From positions 62,001 to 126,000 of the forward strand of contig NIVC01000509.1 in assembly GCA_002269645.1 (NCBI GenBank): a DNA stretch of 64,000 nucleotides. The letters run 5' to 3'. The translations under genes and the position numbers were made by a program. Position 1 is the first letter of the stretch. Every line of letters begins with the position of its first letter. This DNA is from Macrostomum lignano. Its lineage: Eukaryota. Of the stretch, positions 58,201 to 64,000 are shown in pieces. Under the pieces are notes generated by a model. The model was given only the letters and a program-made list of their open reading frames with translations. It ran no database searches and was not told the DNA's origin.

Positions 58201-59126
58201 CCGGCTCCGCTCCTACTCCGCCAGAGGAAATTTCGCGACCGCTATCTGATTCGTCCATGCACGTGTTCAAACTGCAAATGTACTTGTCCACAAAGGCAAC
58301 CAAATCTTCTGCTTGCAAGGATTCCGAAGTCACATCCACTCCGTCCGGCATCCAAACGCAGCCATGAACATGCGGGCTTCCTCGACTCTGATACTCGATA
58401 CGAAACCAAAAGTCCTTTACTTTCCAGTGCTCAACAAAAAAATCTTTGCAAAAACAATTCAAAACGAATCCAAAACACAGTATCCGCCATGCCAGGATCC
58501 TTTTGCAGTCTGGAACGCAACTCGTCTCGGATTTCTTGCCAATTATCATTGTCGACGTCTTCTTCGATTTGCCAAGCTTGCAACAACTCTGGCCACTGAA
58601 TATCCGCCACGGATAACGTCACAAAATAGTGCGGCAAACCAATTGTTTTAATCATTGCTTCCAATTGTCTACGCTTGCTTTGCCAATAGCTGGCTGTTCC
58701 ACGCAACTCTGATGCTCTGGCTGACACGCTGGACATCACCGCTGGGTCTTTCAGCTTCTCCAGCATCTCTGGCGCACTTAAGCCAGCCAAATTCTTGTCG
58801 TGCACAAATACTCGTCCAACTTCCAATGCTCTCCAACGCATCACCATGTTCTCAATGAAAAAGCGAAAGCGAGGATCGCAACGAAATCTCGGGCAGTGAA
58901 ACTGCATCAGGTGCTTTGCATAGTCGCCCAGGCTTATCGAACGAACTCGCGGGGTCTTGTAGTCGCCTCTACCGTCAGGAAATAGGTGAGGATAGGCCAG
59001 ACTAAACAAGCCCTCCTGTTCGAATTCATTTACCGGTACTCGGCTCGATCTTGGCCATTGCAATTTCTCTTCTAGCAAACGATCGCGAATCTTTACTTCC
59101 AAACGACGCAATGGCGTATTCAGCAA
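55261..59126 (-). pseudogene. Helitron2/Helentron-type RepHel, intronless, apparently N-terminally deleted, three 1-nt frameshifts (~1288 codons corrected), no C-terminal endonuclease
   Basis: WP...PVNEF, YPHLFPDGRGD, LRGTASYW, FVTLSVADIQW, EYQSRGSPHVH, YLIKYASK, GSAGTGKS, IDEFSM, GDVFQLPPV, TIHTSQG. Shifts near 58440, 58093 and 57342. Confidence 0.85.
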
Positions 59127-59361
59127 AGCGCTTGTTAAGTTAAAGTTAAAGCAAAGTTAAAAAAAATGCCAATTTTTCGACCTCAAAAAACACGTTTTTT
59201 GTACTTTTACCTGTGAAGTGAAAGTACAATCAAAAAATCCATTTCGGATCATTGTAGCGTTTGAATGCCCGCGTCTTTTGAGCACACTCACTAAGCGCTG
59301 CCATAATTTCCTGCCGCTGTAATTGAGATCAAATTTTTTGACAATGTCGAAAAAACGCAGT

Positions 59362-59402
59362 TTTTGGTTGCCATGGCAACCAAAACGCGTCGCCATGACA
59401 AC
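59362..59402. promoter_or_regulatory. 24-bp perfect palindrome containing a consensus RFX X-box (GTTGCCATGGCAAC, 59367-59380), plus a second degenerate X-box (59389-59402)
   Basis: Sequence match to the established X-box consensus; function not demonstrated. Confidence 0.45.
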
Positions 59403-59641
59403 CAAACACTGCGGATCTGTTAGCCCTAGGTTTTTGACGCATTTTGGCAAAAACCGTTTGTAAATCGGTCGTACCGTTTTTTATGCGCAGCGTTTAAAAG
59501 TTGAAAAACGTCATTTTTAGTGTGTCACATCTGTTGCACATCTTATCAGGGACGATTTCGCAAAAGTAAGCAGCATAGAAAAAAATTCTCGCTTCGCTCG
59601 CCTTTTTTTCTATACTACTTACTGGCTCCATCGTCCCACAA

Positions 59642-60043
59642 CTAGTTAGAGTGAGACAGGTACTGATTAGAGTGAGACAGGTGCTGATTAGAGTGAGACA
59701 GGTGCTGATTAGAGTGAGACAGGTACTGATTAGAGTGAGACAGGTGTTGATTAGAGTGAGACAGGTACTAGTTAGAGTGAGACAGGTGCTGATTAGAGTG
59801 AGACAGGTGCTGATTAGAGTGAGACAGGTACTGATTAGAGTGAGACAGGTACTGATTAGAGTGAGACAGGTACTAGTTAGAGTGAGACAGGTGCTGATTA
59901 GAGTGAGACAGGTGCTGATTAGAGTGAGACAGGTGCTGATTAGAGTGAGACAGGTGCTAGTTAGAGTGAGACAGGTGCTGATTAGAGTGAGACAGGTACT
60001 GATTAGAGTGAGACAGGTACTAGTTAGAGTGAGACAGGTGCTG
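59642..60043 (+). repeat. 21-bp satellite, right segment
   Basis: Same unit and orientation as 10557-17122; includes TACTAGTTAG variants. Confidence 0.96.
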
Positions 60044-61709
60044 GATAGTGAAACTTTCCCTTGTTCAACAAGGTGTGCTTTATATTTGATACTCATAAAT
60101 AATACTGCTACGAGCATTTGGAAAAACACTGACGAAAAAAAGTCATATTGGCGGGACAGTCTGGTGCTGGAGGTCCGTCAGGTCATAGGCAGCCTACGGT
60201 CATTGCCCCCTTTGGTCATACGCTCTCCTCACCGCGGAGCGGACGGTCATCAAGGGCGGTTACATCATTGACGAAAATTAACCTACAGATATGACTGTTC
60301 ATGCCTACTTCTGTTAGGCTCTTTCTTTACCAGTGGAACAGCCGCTCATATGGCCGAAACTCACTGAAGAATGAAGCTTGAGAACCTCTTAAGATCTCTA
60401 AGATCTGAAGAATTCTACAAACCGTTGCGTTTTGCATGCCCTCTGTTCCACAAAGCACGAAAAATCAATACTCCAGTAGTTTCAACAATTATTTAAAAGA
60501 TATTGCAGAGCTGTCTGAAAAATATCAATTGTTTTTTAAATTGACAATTCCAGATTTGGACTGTTGCAAATGTCAAAATTTTATTTTAAGTAAAAAAACG
60601 AAAATATTATTGACAATATGTATTTGTATAACTTCAATTTTAATCAAGAAAGCATATAGCAATATACCTGTAGAAATCCCTGCTTATCCTATGGCCACTG
60701 TGCGACACTGTATTGAATTTATTAGATTTTTTAAGCAAAAAATTCAAACGAACATTCCGATAAAAATAACTCTTGCTATTACCAACTTTTTCAGCTACTT
60801 GCAGTAAGTAGTGCAGTAGTTTTTATTGATTTTTAGTACGAAAATTAAAAAATCCGGCAAATTGGACAATAAAGCGTTGAGAATAGCGGCAGAGTAAAGC
60901 AGAGAAAAATGGTGCAAAGTGCGGACAAGAAGCTGCTCTCTGCTTCCAGTAGAACTTTTTATACCAGATTAGCGCCGGGATTAAAGCATTTATTATATCA
61001 AAATTATAGTATTTGCATACATTCGATTCTCTACAGTTCTACAAATCGATAATTTATAAATAACAGAATTATCATTAATTACGAATTAGCATTAGTTAAA
61101 TTAGTGAGTAATGCGAAGAGGAAAACAGCATGTTAAGATTTTTATTGAATAGATTTTATAGAGAAAAAAACAGGATGCACATCGGCACTATATACTACTG
61201 ACGATGCAGCCATTGCAGGTAAGAGATTCATTTAATCGATGAAAATGGATTACTAGTTGACCAACTACTCAGTAAAATATTTTTTTAAATGAAAAAGCTA
61301 ATCCACAGACAGTCGGCAGTACTAGCGATGATATATTAATAATAATATTAATACTCAGTAGCAAAAGCGGAAAATTACGAAAACTTCATCAAAATGAATT
61401 TAAAAAACAAAGAGTGCATATCACATATATTATTAACACGAACTATGACGTCTGACAGACAGGCAGACAGACAGACAGAGAGGCAGACAGACAGACACAG
61501 AAACTAAGCAAAGTCAAGCAAGAATGATATTCAGAATTTACAACGCCGGGAAATGAATAGATTTTCATTTGTTTCAGACTGAGCACAGATACCAAAATAA
61601 CTAGATGGGCCACTCAGGCATATATACTTAGTAAAACAGCTTTCTACTTTCCGTTCAGTAGCAAAGAAGAATACATAAGCTATTTTATAAAAACAAGGCA
61701 GCTGAAATG

Positions 61710-62847
61710 GGGGCGCTTCATAAGACCTAAATTTCACAACGCCTAAAGCACATGACTTCACATCACCTAAATTTCATAACGCCTAAAATTGAAAATGCAG
61801 CCTCCTTCACATCGCCTAAATTTCATATCGCCTAAATTTCACATCGCCTAAATTTCATATCGCCTAAATTTCATATCGCCTAAATTTCATATCGCCTAAA
61901 TTTCATATCACCTAAATTTCATAACGCCTAAAACCGAAAATGCATCCTACTTCATATCGCCTAAATTTCATATCGCCTAAATTTCACATCGCCTAAATTT
62001 CACATCGCCTAAATTTCACATCGCCTAAATTTCATATCGCCTAAATTTCACATCGCCTAAATTTCATATCGCCTAAATTTCACATCGCCTAAATTTCATA
62101 TCGCCTAAATTTCATATCGCCTAAATTTCATATCACCTAAATTTCATAACGCCTAAAACCGAAAATGCATCCTACTTCATATCGCCTAAATTTCATATCG
62201 CCTAAATTTCACAACGCCTAAAAATCTGCATGCTCTTTCATATCGCCAAAACTTCATATCGCCTAAATTTCACAACACCTAAAACTGAATGTGAAGGAGA
62301 GAAGCAAAGATTTTAGGCGTTGTGAAATTTAGGCGATATGAAATTTAGGCGATATGAAGTAGGATGCATTTTCGGTTTTAGGCGTTGTGAAATTTAGGCG
62401 ATATGAAATTTAGGCGATGTGAAGGAGGCTGCACTTTTGATTTTAGGCGTTGTGAAATTTAGGCGATATGAAATTTAGGCGTTGTGAAGGAGGCTGCATA
62501 TATTTTAGGCGTTGTGAAATTCAGGCGATATGAAATTTAGGTGATGTGAAAGACCGTGCAAATATTTTAGGCGTTGTGAAATTTAGGCGATATGAAATTT
62601 AGGCGTTGTGAAGGAGGCTGCATATATTTTAGGCGTTGTGAAATTCAGGCGATATGAAATTTAGGTGATGTGAAAGACCGTGCAAATATTTTAGGCGTTG
62701 TGAAATTCAGGCGATATGAAATTTAGGTGATGTGAAAGACCGTGCAAATATTTTAGGCGTTGTGAAATTTAGGCAATATGAAATTTAGGCGTTGTGAAGT
62801 GTGGTGGTTTTAGGCGTTGTGAAATTTAGGTCTTATGAAAGCGTCCC
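61710..62847. mobile_element. Non-autonomous foldback element (MULE/FB-like): long modular TIRs built from a 16-bp repeat, 9-bp TSD
   Basis: TSD GCTGAAATG at 61701-61709 and 62848-62856; ends GGGGCGC / GCGTCCC; (CGCCTAAATTTCATAT)n mirrored across a spacer at ~62286-62309. Confidence 0.88.
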
Positions 62848-63609
62848 GCTGAAATGACCGATAAGTTTAGAAGCCTAAGCTTGCAGGCGTAAACAACTTG
62901 CTAATTCGTTCAGCAATAATGTACATTAGCCAGTCCACTGAAATGTACATGGCCGCTTTGGGCTGGAATTTCCGAGAAAGGCAATAAAAATTGGGGCGGG
63001 CGGGGTGGGGGTAGAGTGGAAAGAAAGGCGCGGTTGGAGGTTAAATGGGGGGTAAGAGCCAATAAATGAACCTTGGCTTTAAAATACATTAAAATGCTTC
63101 CGCTTAACTTACTACTGAACTGAAAGTAGCTTGCACGCAAATGTGCTGAGTGGCCCATCTAGTTATTCTAGAATCTACGGTCTGAACTATTCATAAAAAA
63201 GTAAGCGGATATACAATTTATACTACTAAATTAATCAAGTAGTAAGCAAGCTGATGATACACAGGAGGTATAGGACAGTAGTGAGTTTTATTTATTTGGT
63301 TATGACAGAAAAATAAAAAATAAAAAACAACTGCCGGCCACAAAAAATTCATGCATCCTTGCTTCAAGTATAAAAACAGAAAAATAATATTAACTTATAA
63401 CAAATATAATTTTTGACAGACAAGAATAACAAACCGTATTGGCTTGACCAAATTGATTAATTAATCAGTTGACTTCTGTTATAAAAGTCCAACACACAGA
63501 AATTGTTGTATTTATTGATTTCAAAACCAAGCCAAACAGCGATCGATGAATTGGTTTTGACTAACTTTCATCCTCAGGTGGCGATACCACGGGACTCAAC
63601 AATGCTCAC

Positions 63610-63668
63610 CTTGGTGCGGCAGTAGAACGCGCCCCGGATTAAGAAACCAAAGGAGAGCGACATGAGGC
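63610..63668 (-). CDS. Possible isolated coding exon (LMSLSFGFLIRGAFYCRTK) of a host gene
   Basis: Pyrimidine tract plus CAG acceptor, AAG|GTGAGC donor, open hydrophobic frame; single exon only. Confidence 0.3.
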
Positions 63669-63769
63669 CTGAGATGCGTAGGTGGGGGGGGGGGCATTGT
63701 GAAACAAATGATGTTAAATTGGGAGTCTTTTAATGACTGATATTTCTATTCTTTGTAATATTCAAAATC

Positions 63770-64000
63770 TCACCCTTACACCATCAAAATTTCACCATTA
63801 CCATACTAGAATCTCACCCTTACCACACTAGAATCTCACCCTTAGCATACTAGAATCTCACCCTTACCATACTAGAATCTCACCCTTACCATATTAGAAT
63901 CTCACCTTTACCATAGTAAAATCTCACCCTTACCATACTAGATTATTATTCTTACCATACTAGAATATCACCCTTACCCCATCAGAATCTCCCCTCTACC
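63770..64000 (+). repeat. 22-bp tandem repeat (CTAGAATCTCACCCTTACCATA)
   Basis: Period measured 63806 to 63828; runs off the window end. Confidence 0.9.

Larger units (their letters stand above)
17123..59641 (-). mobile_element. Helitron2/Helentron-type element (~6.35 kb native), expanded to 42.5 kb by nested Helitron trains
   Basis: 12-bp inverted repeats CCATCGTCCCAC (59628-59639, 2 bp from the 5' end) and GTGGGACGATGG (17154-17165). 8-bp hairpin TGAAGACG/CGTCTTCA (17131-17150), then CTAG. The same satellite lies on both sides and a Helitron2-like RepHel lies inside in matching orientation. Confidence 0.75.

Overview
Repeat-dominated eukaryotic (metazoan-type) DNA with spliceosomal introns and TTAGGG tracts; no prokaryotic features. 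One host gene is clear: a 4-exon, probably secreted PAN/Apple-like plus ALK/LTK-type glycine-rich protein at 3267-5613. Most of the rest is nested transposons. A 21-bp satellite (10.5-60 kb) holds a full-length LOA-clade-like LINE (11601-16980) and a Helitron2/Helentron-type element (about 17123-59641, minus strand) bounded by 12-bp asymmetric inverted repeats and a 3' hairpin. Inside that element sit two trains of classical Helitrons joined exactly head-to-tail. The minus-strand train has six units (43783 to 18624) and ends in a RepHel/OTU-encoding master copy. The plus-strand train has three units (44501-55016). The most unusual features are the CTAG|TCC junctions between unlike Helitron families, a ~488-bp identical direct repeat flanking the 25-kb train, and the Helitron2 insertion at a CTAG|T site. 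A 37-bp satellite with higher-order structure, an RTE-like fragment and a foldback element with a 9-bp TSD complete the window. All calls were made by eye, with no database searches.
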